This document shows, one piece after another, positions 1 to 11,114 of a stretch of 64,000 bases of DNA. The notes under the pieces are model-generated. The model had not been told where the DNA came from. It did no database searches and saw nothing but the letters and a program-made list of their open reading frames with translations. Within the stretch, counting starts at the first letter, position 1. Each line of letters opens with the position of its first letter. The stretch spans positions 45,136,001-45,200,000 of the forward strand of contig CM114271.1 of the NCBI GenBank assembly GCA_050084515.1, read 5' to 3'. This DNA comes from Blasia pusilla (lineage: Eukaryota). The position numbers were made by a program, and so were the translations under genes.

Positions 1-739
1 CACAACTCGTGCTCCACCCCTATCCATGCTTGACAGACATTCTCTACTCTCCTCAAGAATGGGTTTTGGCGGAGTTATTCTCCCAAAAGGGGTAATCAAC
101 TTTCATTGGGAAAGTAACAAGCCAAAACATTCAGTATTTTAATATGACTAAACTCCTCTAAGGTGACAAACCTCTCATCTCCACACACACACCACACTGT
201 AGAAACCTCTCGAAGAATAGAACATGGTCAAGTTACTCTCCCAAGAAGGGTGATCCACTCTCATTGGAAGAGCAAGCAATCCCAAAGTCATACACTCAAG
301 AGTGACACGAGAGACTCAAGATGTGGAATAGAAGGTGATGAACCCTTGAAGGTCCCTCCTCTTTATAAACTCACAAGTGATCCACAAGAGTATGAAATAT
401 AACTAATCTTATCTTGTGCCACATGGCTTCCTCTCAAGGCTTAGCCAATCACATTTTGACACAAATAGATTTCGTCTTATCTCTTCCAAAATATCTTCTT
501 TTATCCACTTGATATTTTCCAAATTATCCGAACTAACCTAGCCACCAACCAAGCCTAATTTTGCTTTTCATTAAAGCACCAACCTCACTACTTTACTTTT
601 ATAAAGTCATCTTTTATTTATTACCTCTTTTCCTAAAGTTAGGCCCGCATAAAAGAGGCACCATAAAGAGGTTTAAACATGGGAATTTCCTTTTCCTAAG
701 CTAATTTACTTAATATTAATAAAACTCTAAACTCTTACA
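1..739 (-). mobile_element. LTR-like sequence (truncated by window edge), apparently inserted into the gag-pol of the adjacent Gypsy element
   Basis: Minus strand begins TGTAAGAG at 739; TATA-like motif at ~363-369; the neighbouring coding remnant stops abruptly at ~740. No partner LTR in the window. Confidence 0.4.
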
Positions 740-3700
740 CACTGGCTGATTTTACTATACGACTACGGAAGGTATCACTGCCTTTGGTCTTCTTGGGGTC
801 TTTGACTTCGCGCGAAGACGAAGCCCCTATCTGGGTTTTGGTTGTCCCTCCGGTCTGGGTTTTGGACCTCGTGGTGACCACGAGAGCTTCGTTCAGGAGT
901 TCCTCCGGCCACTTTGAGGAGTCTTAAGTTTCCGTCCTATCGGACTCCGCTTCCTTGATGGTAACTCGCCTTGCTTTAGGGGATAACAACTCCTCCACTC
1001 GGACGAGCTGAACATTTACTTCATTTTGAGACTCTGTTGGTATCACTGGGGTAGTTACATACTTGACCAGCAACCGCGGAACCTTGGGCTCCGGGCACTC
1101 CACAACAATGTGCCCGCCTTTCTTACAATTCCCACACATTGGATTGAGTCCTACGGGCCTCTTGGGGTTTGGGCAATTGTTGGCCCAATGGTCGGCCGCC
1201 CCGCAGTTATAACAGCAGTTCCTTTTTATTGGCAGCGTGAAGGCCGCCGTGCCCATAATCTGTTTGAGGGGTCGCTGCTCCCCGTACTCCGGGGGCACAT
1301 ATCTTGGGATCCAACTTCGTCCAGGATTAGGGGTAAGCATGGCTTGGATTGCATAACATCCTTCCCATTGTTCGGCTTCATGCCACCCTTCTTCCGCGGT
1401 TAGTACTTCCTGGATCCAACGTAAATCTCTCTGAATGTGACACCCCTGAGCAGTATGTCCTTGGGTTCCACAGGCACTACACCACACGTTGGGTCTCACC
1501 AAACCCGGTCTTCTACTGGGGTCCTTCTGAGACGCCAAATTTACTTTTAACTCCGCAATTTTTTTACTTAACTCCTCCATGGCAGACTTGCCTGACTTCT
1601 TCGATGTCCCTTGTACTGGACTGACAGATCTTCGGGGGCCATGCTTGGTAGGCTTGCCTTTCCTTCCCCGCTTGGGAGTGCGGTGGCATGTACGTCTCTT
1701 CCGTTTGGATTTTGGGTCCTCTTCGAAGTCTGTGGACCCCGTCGTGCCATCCGTGGAGGCTTCGGTGTCTGTAGAGGACGCTTCGTCCTCTCAGGAAGAA
1801 CTAGTGTGCGAAGAGCCTCATCGTTGATGACATCGTCTTCGCGTTTTTTGGGACTTCTCGGAGGCTTTGTACGCCTGTACTGATGCAATGACTGCTTCTA
1901 GAGAGTCTCATTGGCCCTGGCGGCAATACCGGTCCACCTCCTTGGATAGTCCTGACACAAACCAGTCTACCAATTGTGAGGTAGTTGTGGGTTCGAGTTT
2001 GTTAACAAGACTTCGGAACCTTTGGGTGTATTCCCTCAGGGTTTCCTTCTTTTTCCGTTTCAAATCCCTGAGCTTCATCAAAAGCATGTCCTCGAACTCC
2101 AAGTCGCGGATTTCATGAAGAAAGGACTTGAGTACCCTCTTCTAGGTTTCAATGACCTCCGCTCCGAGGCCCTCGTACCACTGACTTGCCCGCTTCTTTA
2201 GCAGGCCCAGGAATACACGTAACAAATCCTCCTCCAAGCCTTCCCCATTAGCCTTAGCTACATGGGTAAACTCAAGCACAAAGTTGTCGACGTCATCTCT
2301 TCGTCCTCTCGCGAACGTAGGATATCTTAGCAGCGTCTTTCTAGTGTTAGCCATTGGGAAATTTCGGTTGCTAGGTCCCGGACTTGATGTTCGGGAAGGA
2401 GGAGGTAGAGGTTCCGATCTGATCGGTCTGGCCGGCCCCTCGTCCCCTTCATCCCCAAAGAGATTCCAGGTTGACTCTTCGTTTGACTGCGAAGTGGCAA
2501 GAGACGTGTTGGGGATAGCACTCATGTCCCTCTTCTTGCTCTTCGGCTTTGTTCGAGGAAGAAGACTGGGAGATACACCCATAAGTCTCCAAGACAGATG
2601 ATCTTCGTGTTGCTTATTGCGTCGGTTAGCTCACTGCTCCCGAGCGGATGGCCGGGAGCCTTTTAAGAGTCCCTCTTGGGATTCAGAAGCTTGCTTCCCC
2701 ACCCATGATTGCAACAAGCTATGGGTCCATGGGGAGAAATTGGATCTTCCTAATTCCTACGGGAGTGTGAAGGTGCTCTCAATCTACCAGCCAGGTTTTC
2801 CTCCCAGAAACAGAAGTACCGGGTCATCACCAAGTACAACTGACGTTCATGGGCAAAGCACCGTTCGGCGACGGGTTCTTTGACAATACTAATTAGTTGT
2901 TCTATCTTCTCTAGCACTAATGCAGCAAAAAGATTGCTATCTTCTTCCATCCATTGTCTTAGGGGGATAGCTAAAGATAGTAGGTGGTCTTCGGTGAGAA
3001 CTGGATGGATGGGTCTCCTATGCGACGAGGCTCCCCCGACCCAGGGTTACTTATCAATCTCTCTCTTTCCAGCAAATCTTATGATCCTTGACAGCGGCGC
3101 AAAAAGTTTGTGGTTATATGTAATGTACAAGAAATTTAAGAATTGATCTTTATACATTAATTTAATGAGTTCGATCCCAAAGAGGATCATGATTATGTGA
3201 AAAGAGAGGTTAAGATGTCGTTTATCTTGCAATAGTTGTAATTAAGTGTATGTAATTCAGATTCAATGACTTATCAATGTCTTCAGATCTCTCTTAGTAC
3301 CAAGATTTCTTTCCTCTATTCTCTTTAGTAGAGTTGAAATCACGCTAAGGTAGATCTTCACTCAACATCAAAGAACCTCACAGAGACCTCAACAAGAAGC
3401 TGGCTTCTCCTACTTTCGGAACTCAATCTGTCTAGGCAAGCTACTCTCTGTCGAACAGATTTCTTACAACTCCATGTTGATATTCTATTGATGAAAAGGT
3501 TCTCCTGATTCACTCTTCACTCTGCAGACCCAATGAGAATACTCAGACATATGCATTGCACATCTAAATGAAGGAATGAGTGCTTTACTACTCCATCAAG
3601 AATGAGAAAGCTTCAAAAGTGTGTACAAACACGAGAGGGTACTACATTCTTGCTCGCACCATTCCTACAACATAAGGACTTCGTGAGAGAATGATGATGA

Positions 3701-4373
3701 TAGCTACTTTCATGCTTCTTAAATATCTTCCGAGAGTGTAGTAGGTCCAAAGATCTGAAGCGACGAATCTAGTGTCTATTGAGAGTTTGTAACTACCTTA
3801 ATCTATGATTCTCTTATCTTTTCCTATGATCGCTATGAATCCGTTGGGCGTAACTGTCCTAACTTCCTATCTAATCCAAAAAGTCTTGCCTCTTCCTAGC
3901 CTAACTATTCTAATAGTGAGCCGCTTGAAATCACTTTGAGTCTTAGCTTCGCTTCGTTGCAAAGTCTAAACTTCTTCTTCTTCCCTTGAGGACGTAGCGT
4001 TGCATTCTTCGCTCTTGTTCCAGGTGCTTCGTTCTTCATGCTTCGTTGAAGAGTGAAGTACCTCTTCCTCTTTGTCTTCATCATGCTTTGTTCAAGAGCG
4101 AAGCACTTCATTAACAAGTTCTTACTAAGGCTTCGTTGTCTTTTCCAAGCTTCGCTTTTGAGTCTTTAAACTTCGTTACTGCATTTCTCTCTCCTCTAAG
4201 GCAAATCCTTGATCTTCCACCTCTCTGCCTTGTCCTAGGAGCTTCGTGATCTCTTTCAATATTACTCATTCTTCTACTACACAACCATCATATCCAAAAT
4301 CATTATGTATACATAAGTTTTCTTCGAATAAAAAGCTCTAAATCTTCAAAAGTACAAAATTGCGGGTATCACA
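740..4373 (-). mobile_element. 5' part of a Ty3/Gypsy (Athila/Tat-like) LTR retrotransposon: LTR, PBS, disrupted gag
   Basis: Putative LTR 4373->3109 (TGTGATACCC...CA); PBS-like TTTGCGCCGCTGTCAAGGA at ~3103->3085 resembling the tRNA-Asp type TGGCGCCGTTGCC; gag and zinc-knuckle ORF pieces downstream. Confidence 0.65.
924..2582 (-). pseudogene. Retrotransposon gag with CCHC zinc knuckles (split by stops/frameshifts)
   Basis: ORFs 2142-2582 (DDVDNFVLEF..ASQWY), 1908-2102 (ETLREYTQRF..WFVSGL, Retrotrans_gag-like) and 924-1580 (CSACGTQGHTAQGC, CYNCGAADHWANNC, CGNCKKGGHIVVEC). Confidence 0.85.
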
Positions 4374-6645
4374 GCACTCACACTATATGAGAGTGTCTCC
4401 CTCCTCTCATATGGTACCTTCTTCACTTGCTTATCTCTCTGGAGACATCCTTGTCTCACAACACACAGAGCAAGAGCATATGCGGACATTGCTAAGCTAG
4501 TAGCATCAGCTTGGTTCAACACATTCAGCAGCCTTGATTCATTGCCAAAAGTTGTTGCATTGGTAAGTAATGTCTATTGGGGATCCCAATCAGATAAAGT
4601 AGATTGTGTGGTGAATAGTTTCTTGGATGATACTTGGAAGCTCCGCACAAACACGTTGTTCGGTCATCACTCAGACTATATGAGAGTGTCTCCCTCCTCT
4701 CATATAGTCCCTTCTTCACTTGCTTCTCTCTCTGGAGACATCCCAGTCTCAAGCATCGTCCAACGAGGGCGCGGGGTCTATGGTTGCAAGGCTAGGACAT
4801 GCACTACTTCAGAAGGAAAGAATAGGTGGCATGCATATTTTAGAGCCGAGGTGTTGCGATGGCTTGACATCTCCATTGTGAATTTCGTAGACCAACACTC
4901 AGGATATTGGAATTCGGTGTTGAGTGATATTTCTGCTAGATGGGAGTATGTTGGAAACAATGGCAATGGAGTGGCTGTTCCATGTTTGGAGGAATATGCA
5001 CAACGAATACTCAAGACGGAGAGATTTAGATTGCGTCAGACATGGAAAGAAGCTGGAGGAGGCAAGAAAGTGGCCTCACCACCTCATGTACACCCCAACC
5101 AATGAGGGAGATTACTTACGCACTTCATGAGCGAGAGTGCTAAGAGAAAGAGTGAGCAGATGTCCAAAGCACGGGCAGCGATGACCAATCCAATCCGTGC
5201 AGAAGAAAATGGAATGCACCGATTGCAGAGCGCCTGGTCTGCATAATATTGAAGGACCCATCTTTAATTTATATGAACACCATGCATATAATTTGGCAAT
5301 TGGTGTTTGGTAGACTGAACTTGGTCGGTGTAACATGTGTTGTAGAGAAAAGAGTAGGGGCAAACCCCTACTAAGGCGCATGTGCATGAGGAGGCAAAGA
5401 ACCAAAGGAGTTATGGTATAAGTACAGTTTCATAGCAGGTATTTGCATCTGGTTGCTTTAGAGTAGAGGTGAATCTAGTGTATTTCTAGTACAAGCCTGT
5501 TGATATAGACTGAGATCCAGATCTTGTATTTTAGGCACCAGGAACATCTGAGTTGACAAAGATCGGTGCCTGATTAAAGTCTATGGAGGAGTTGTTTCCC
5601 GAGTCTGTGACTTACATAATTGATCGCATGGATGCATTCTCCAGCAGCTTGGACGTGCTAGAGGCAAGCATAATGATTGCTCTTGCTGATCAACAAGAGA
5701 ACTTCACAAAGTTGATGCAATTGATTTCCCTGAGCTAGAGAAGGGACCATGAGGACATAAGGGGTTCCAAGGAGAGATTGAAAAATCCAAGAGTTGTATC
5801 CTCTCCTCATGGAGTTAGTGATCGAGACCCTACTCCTAGTGGAGCACTTGCCTCTATGCCGTTGAGTGTATCCTCTCCTCATCCAATCATCCGACCACCT
5901 TCAAGGGAGAGTACACCCTCTTCGGAGATGGTCACTATTGTGCCTTCGCCTCCAGTTCTACCATAGGTTGCCAAGGGTGTTCATACAATAAGAGGACTAG
6001 ATACAATTTTTGGCATTGCACCAATGGGTCCAAAGAAAAAGGGACGCACAAGAGAGGTTAATGCTACTGTGTTTGCGGGTGACCCTTTGATTTAGGTATG
6101 TGAGTTTAGAGTGATGTTGTGCATTTTACTTTGAAGTTGGTGAAAATCATGATATATTTGAAAGGGTAGTTAAAGTTTCTTGTTGATTGTGATTGTAGAG
6201 ACTACACATGAGGCCCCGACCGTTGTAGGCAAACGCCAAGTGAGGACATCAGGGAGATGCAATTTGGAGGCCACGGTATTTTCAGAGGAGAATGAGGACA
6301 GTGCACGGATGTTGGGGAATGGTGGACCCATGGAGTTGGATCATTGGATCTTCTGAAAAAGCCAATTGTGGTGAGAAGAGCAACACTCAGGAAGAGGATC
6401 CGAGAGGCTACCAAGCCGGTGTTGAAATCTGTTGTGCCTCCGCTGCAACAGTTGATATCACATGAGAATCCCTCTATGGTTGTAGGTTATGGCAGCTTGC
6501 ATGATGGTTGTTCTACTTTCCATGGACGTGACATTCTAGATGGGCATTATGTTCTCCATTTGAGACAAGTGTGCAAGAAGAAATATGCATTGCCATTTCC
6601 AAATATGGTTGACGATCCACCGCAGATTTATGTTGGAGATGTAGG
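4374..6645 (+). mobile_element. CACTA/En-Spm TnpA-like coding remnant
   Basis: ORF 4542-5105 and its continuation (PPHVHPNQ*GRLLTHFMSESAKRKSEQMSKAR) resemble Ptta/En/Spm proteins; 6470-6640 (VVGYG..TFHGRDI..LPFP) resembles the TNP1-type C-terminal domain. Termini not found. Confidence 0.5.
4375..4751. repeat. ~84-bp direct repeat pair (4375-4458 and 4668-4751)
   Basis: CACTCA(C/G)ACTATATGAGAGTGTCTCCCTCCTCTCATAT...GGAGACATCC..GTCTCA occurs twice with few mismatches. Confidence 0.9.
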
Positions 6646-8744
6646 TGGTAGGATTCTACCACCAATCATGGGAAATGGAGGACGTGCATCCAATGCTGCG
6701 CTCATCACTTGTATTGATCATTTTGAGTGGAGAATTGCTACCATGACGATGATGCACCCAGGGACAAGCACGAAGCCAAGAGTAGCTTGTGTGGCTCTAG
6801 CCTCCAAGTTGTTTTAGGATACGGAGGAGGATTATACGGGCTTGAGTTTTCTATGCAGTGCGGCTTAAGTAGAGGCTGTTGCGGTGGTGACTTGGGGTAC
6901 TGCGAGGATGATCGAGCCATTGAGAGGTTGGGTGGAGATAGATCTTGTGAAAGGGACCGATGGTCGACAGGCCAAGGTTCCACAGTCATTTATGTTATGA
7001 GAGGCACTTCACATACCATCGATGGTGCCTCCACAACTAGAAGTGCCCATAGTGGAGAGAGATGGGTCGAGGTCACGAGGAGTTGGAGATATAACTTCTA
7101 TGCCAGCTCGGATGGAGCCAGTGTCAACCACGTTGTTGGAGGTGGCCACTAGGATGACCTAGGCTCCATTTTTTTCCACCATGGAGTTGGCGACGATGGG
7201 AGTTGGACGAGTGGAGGTGTTCTGGCTCGCCGCCATATTGTGTGAGCGTGGAGAGATAAATGCCTCTCGTTTAGAGGTGGTTGAGGAGGTGGTGGACCTA
7301 CTCTCAGAGAAAGTGCTCAAGATGTTCCCCATTGAATCATGGCATGCTATGGCGGCAAAGTTGGTGGATATGCCAACAAGGCCATCGATAGAGCGAGCCA
7401 TGATCATAGTAGATACAGTGTTGTTGGATAACCGAGTTGGAGTGTTTTTCTTGGTTAGTCCCACAGGTATGGTGTACCACCCGCAACACGTCCTACTTGA
7501 TTCTGGAGCAAAACCCTTGATGTTGGGGAAGATGGCGAGTTTGGCGGATAACGGAAAGGTGACATTGATCCTTGTCCCTTACAAATACATGCCTCTATTG
7601 GGGATGTATCACCCATGTAGTACATGATTCGACATGAGTTGGTGGTTAGACTCCAAGTAGAGCATGAGATGGATAGTGCGATAGTGCGAACTTGAGCGAT
7701 TATGACATCGACAAAGTTGTATGATATGTTGGTAGGTAGTACCGTGTTGTAGCCCCTTTTTCTTATTCTGGATTTTTTGGAGGAGACAGTTCTTTATCAG
7801 CGAGTGTGGCGAGTAGGTGATGGACGGGTACGAGAGTGCTAGATCTCTTCGGAGAGATCAACACATGAGATAGTTGTAGTGTTGCGGAGATGACGACATC
7901 AATGGTGCTAGATGTGGATAGGATAGTATATCATGTTGGGTAGATATGTGTGTGCTATCTGGAGTTAGGGACCCAAATGCCTACTAGGGGGGCCGTTGTG
8001 GGGTCTCGATGTATATGCGTGAGTTCATTTTTTTATGGAAGGATCGACCCGTATGTTGGGAAGATCGGTGTTGTGTGGTGTGTAGATGTGACCAACGATA
8101 TGGGTTGTGTAGCGATATGTATGCGCACGATAGCAGTCACATCTTAAATAGACGTAGGTAGAGTTCTATCACGTCGATGGCATAGAGGGTCAAGGGATTG
8201 TTCGGGTGTTACTTCGTCCTGAGATGTCGGATGAGGTTGGCGGCATGTCTGTTGCGTCGAGAACGTCATTTAAGGTGATTTCCCTCTTTTTTTCTTAGTT
8301 AGTCAAGTGACATGTTGACCGAATCAAAGGTCACCCGGTAACGTGTGCACGTAGGTTACCGTTGGGATGACGATTTTTGGGGGAAGAGACTTTTGGATCT
8401 TTCCAAGGGTATAAGAGAGGAAGAGATGTCTTTCTCAAGTCATCTTTCTCATGTTGAGCCTTAGGAGCACCTCTCTTGCCTGTGTATGTAAGAACTAGGG
8501 TGCTAGTTTCCAGATTCCCTCATAGTAGAGGGTGGATGTGGCTCGATATGCTGATATATATTCAGGAGTGGAGTTTTAGGTCGTTTGAGCCCTTTTTACT
8601 TCGATTTTGTTATGGGGTCTCGGTATATATGTGTGAATTCAATTTATTTATGGATGGATCGGCCCGTCTGTTGGGAATATCGAAGTTATGTGGTGTGTAG
8701 ATATGATAAGCGATGTGGGTTGTGTAACAATTATGCACACGAAA
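6645..8744 (+). mobile_element. Non-autonomous, internally deleted member of the DNMT/PHD Gypsy family (copy 3)
   Basis: ORF 7181-7627 (ELATMGVGRVEVFWLAA..HVLLDSGAKPLM) aligns with ORF 59271-60053 of copy 2. After the protease (~7830) it jumps to the PPT (AGGGGGG 7986-7992) and terminal repeats. Confidence 0.85.
7993..8744 (+). repeat. B1-A-B2 terminal repeat block of copy 3
   Basis: B1 ~7993-8132 and B2 ~8608-8744 are diverged direct repeats matching the reverse complement of 54215-54492. The spacer A carries TATAAG (~8410), GTTGAGCCT and AGATTC..TGGCTCGAT motifs shared with A of copy 1. Confidence 0.75.
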
Positions 8745-9523
8745 AATTATTTACAAGATAGATAATCGGAGATAGGCAATCCTATCCTCCTATCTCGTAT
8801 ATTCCTTATAGATTACCAACCCTCGATCGTGCCATGGTTATGCCTCAATAAAAGTGGTACTATGGATGGATAGTACCACTTTTATAAATGTGGTACTATC
8901 CATTTGGTCAATCTAGGATGTAGATTTTATTCTTTATAGTATGTCTTATAGGATGTTGGAGTGCAATCCTCATTGTTAACCCGAAATGGATTGGTGGGTC
9001 TAAGAGCGACTCTAGCTCGAGCTGATGTTGAGTAGTGTCTATTTCACATTTTGAATTCACTAGGATGGGGGCAACACAACAAACTTCATCATTAGACTTG
9101 AATAGTGATGAGACTCCATCCAAAACGTGTGACAAATGAGTCAATGGTGCAAGCCGAAGCCATAATAACCGATGTCAAGTTCAACAACGTTTGTGATGAA
9201 GTAACCGTGTTATACCCAATGAGGCTTATCCTAGATTAGTGGGAGGAGACAATCAGGTGATAGATAAATTAGCTCTTTATTATAATGGTTCTCTAGTGGT
9301 ATGACGAAGCAATTAGATCAGAGGGGCCCAGGATAGATGAGAAAAATAATGTGTGAAACAGCCACTAGGAAGTTATAAACATATTCATGAGAGGAGGTAA
9401 GATCTCAAAACCTCTAGCCAATCATAACATATCTGGAAAAAGAAAAGACCCAAAATTCAAAATTGTAAAGAATAACCAATTTCTAATCTAAAATCAAAGA
9501 TTGAAACCGCCACTGACAAAACA

Positions 9524-9565
9524 CTAGTTAGGACCCGTGAGTAATCTGTGCGATGCACGGTCCCT
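9524..9565 (-). mobile_element. Helitron 3' terminus
   Basis: Minus strand CCGTGCATCGCAC..CACGGG hairpin-like sequence followed by CTAG|T. Confidence 0.55.
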
Positions 9566-9961
9566 AACCCAAATCGCCCCATTCTCAGTCCCTAACTTTG
9601 AATGTTACTTGAATACCCCCTATCAAGCAATAGGTTAAAAGGACACATGGTGGATTGTCCCTCTTGAAAATGGCTCCTACCATAATGACATAGATGTAAT
9701 AATTTGCAGTGGTCGCTCCTCCTAACATAGCATCACTTATAGTAAGTTCCTATATTATTGGATAGCTCAATCTGGTTATACCATCCAAATTCCTCTTAAA
9801 AACTCCATTTGCTATTCACTACATAACAATACTCAATGTTGATGTGAAGGTCATGGTCAAGATAGTGGCCGATGATGGTATCCCATGTAGGTTAGGGCAA
9901 ATGGCTCCCATGGGCATTTCTTTCCATTGTGCAACATGCATTTGGCTCTGTCAATGTTATA

Positions 9962-10333
9962 GGGCCGGGTCGCATGGGCGACTTCTTGGGGTCGCTTGCG
10001 ACCCCAAGAAGCCACCCGCCGGCTGGAACTGCTCGCCGGCGGCGGCTTTCCAACCGGTTGGGAGAATACGACAAAAAAAGCGACAAAAACGATTAGAATT
10101 GGAACGAGTTTTTTCAAATTTCTATCGGGTTGTGGAGGTCACGAGGACACACATCATTTCTTGCGCCCAATTTTTTTGGGCGCAAGAAAACCAAGGCCTG
10201 CCGGACAAAACCAAGGACTCTCTTTGCAAATCACCGACTCCGGCCAGGACAAAAGATTCTGGACCGTTAGATGGAGATCTGCTTTAACAAGGACCACCGT
10301 CGGTGCCCGACGCTGGCCCATGGGACCCGGCCC
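9962..10333. mobile_element. MITE, PIF/Harbinger (Tourist)-like
   Basis: 18-bp TIRs GGGCCGGGTCGCATGGGC / GCCCATGGGACCCGGCCC (1 mismatch); flanks ATA and TTA. Confidence 0.6.
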
Positions 10334-11114
10334 TTAGCATCTCGCATTCGACATGAAACTAATGACACAAATGCATCCTAAATTCAGCGCACCATACAAC
10401 GACATCTTCCCTCGTCCACAATGGATCCCAGTCCTCAATTTCTCATCAGGTCATGGGCATGTTTAAAATTGTTGAATATCTATCTACTCTCATTTTTCAA
10501 ACCTTTCTCTTGAAAGATGCTATTACCGCCTGCGCCTACATGATTCTTCATGGGAGTCATGGACTGTTTGAAGGCAGATGTCTTTCTCACCCAAATAAAT
10601 TTTAGTGGACAAATCCGTTTCCAAACATGGTCTCGGCAATCTCAACTCAAACCGGAGTGGAACCCTCCGATAGCACAGGAGGGGCATTTTCGTGTTGGAC
10701 ATTACATTCTACTTCGGTGAAATCCACGCCTCAAATTGGTGGGCACTCAAATCGATGGCAAGTACAAATGAGATGCTTTGTATCTAATACTGGTTCTTCT
10801 TTTCCTCTAGCTCAGCTCGTGTATTCCTTTTAAAAGAGTCCGTGCTTCAAACCTGCTGCGATGGCCGGAGGTTGGGATCTTGCACGCGTACGAGGCTACC
10901 TCGGACAGAATTTTCCTTCTCTTTATCCTGAATGTCTGCTCCATTCAACCCTTGATTCCAAGGCTGAACTTCGAATGAGAGTGCCACATGTATCGCATGC
11001 TCCTGCGAACTCTGCGTCTCACACTAGAATTGGCACTCTCGCATAGCCAATTTATGAAATCTCTTCTTGCGGAGTTATGCCGCGATGGTAGTGACCAGTT
11101 TATCACCTGTCAGG

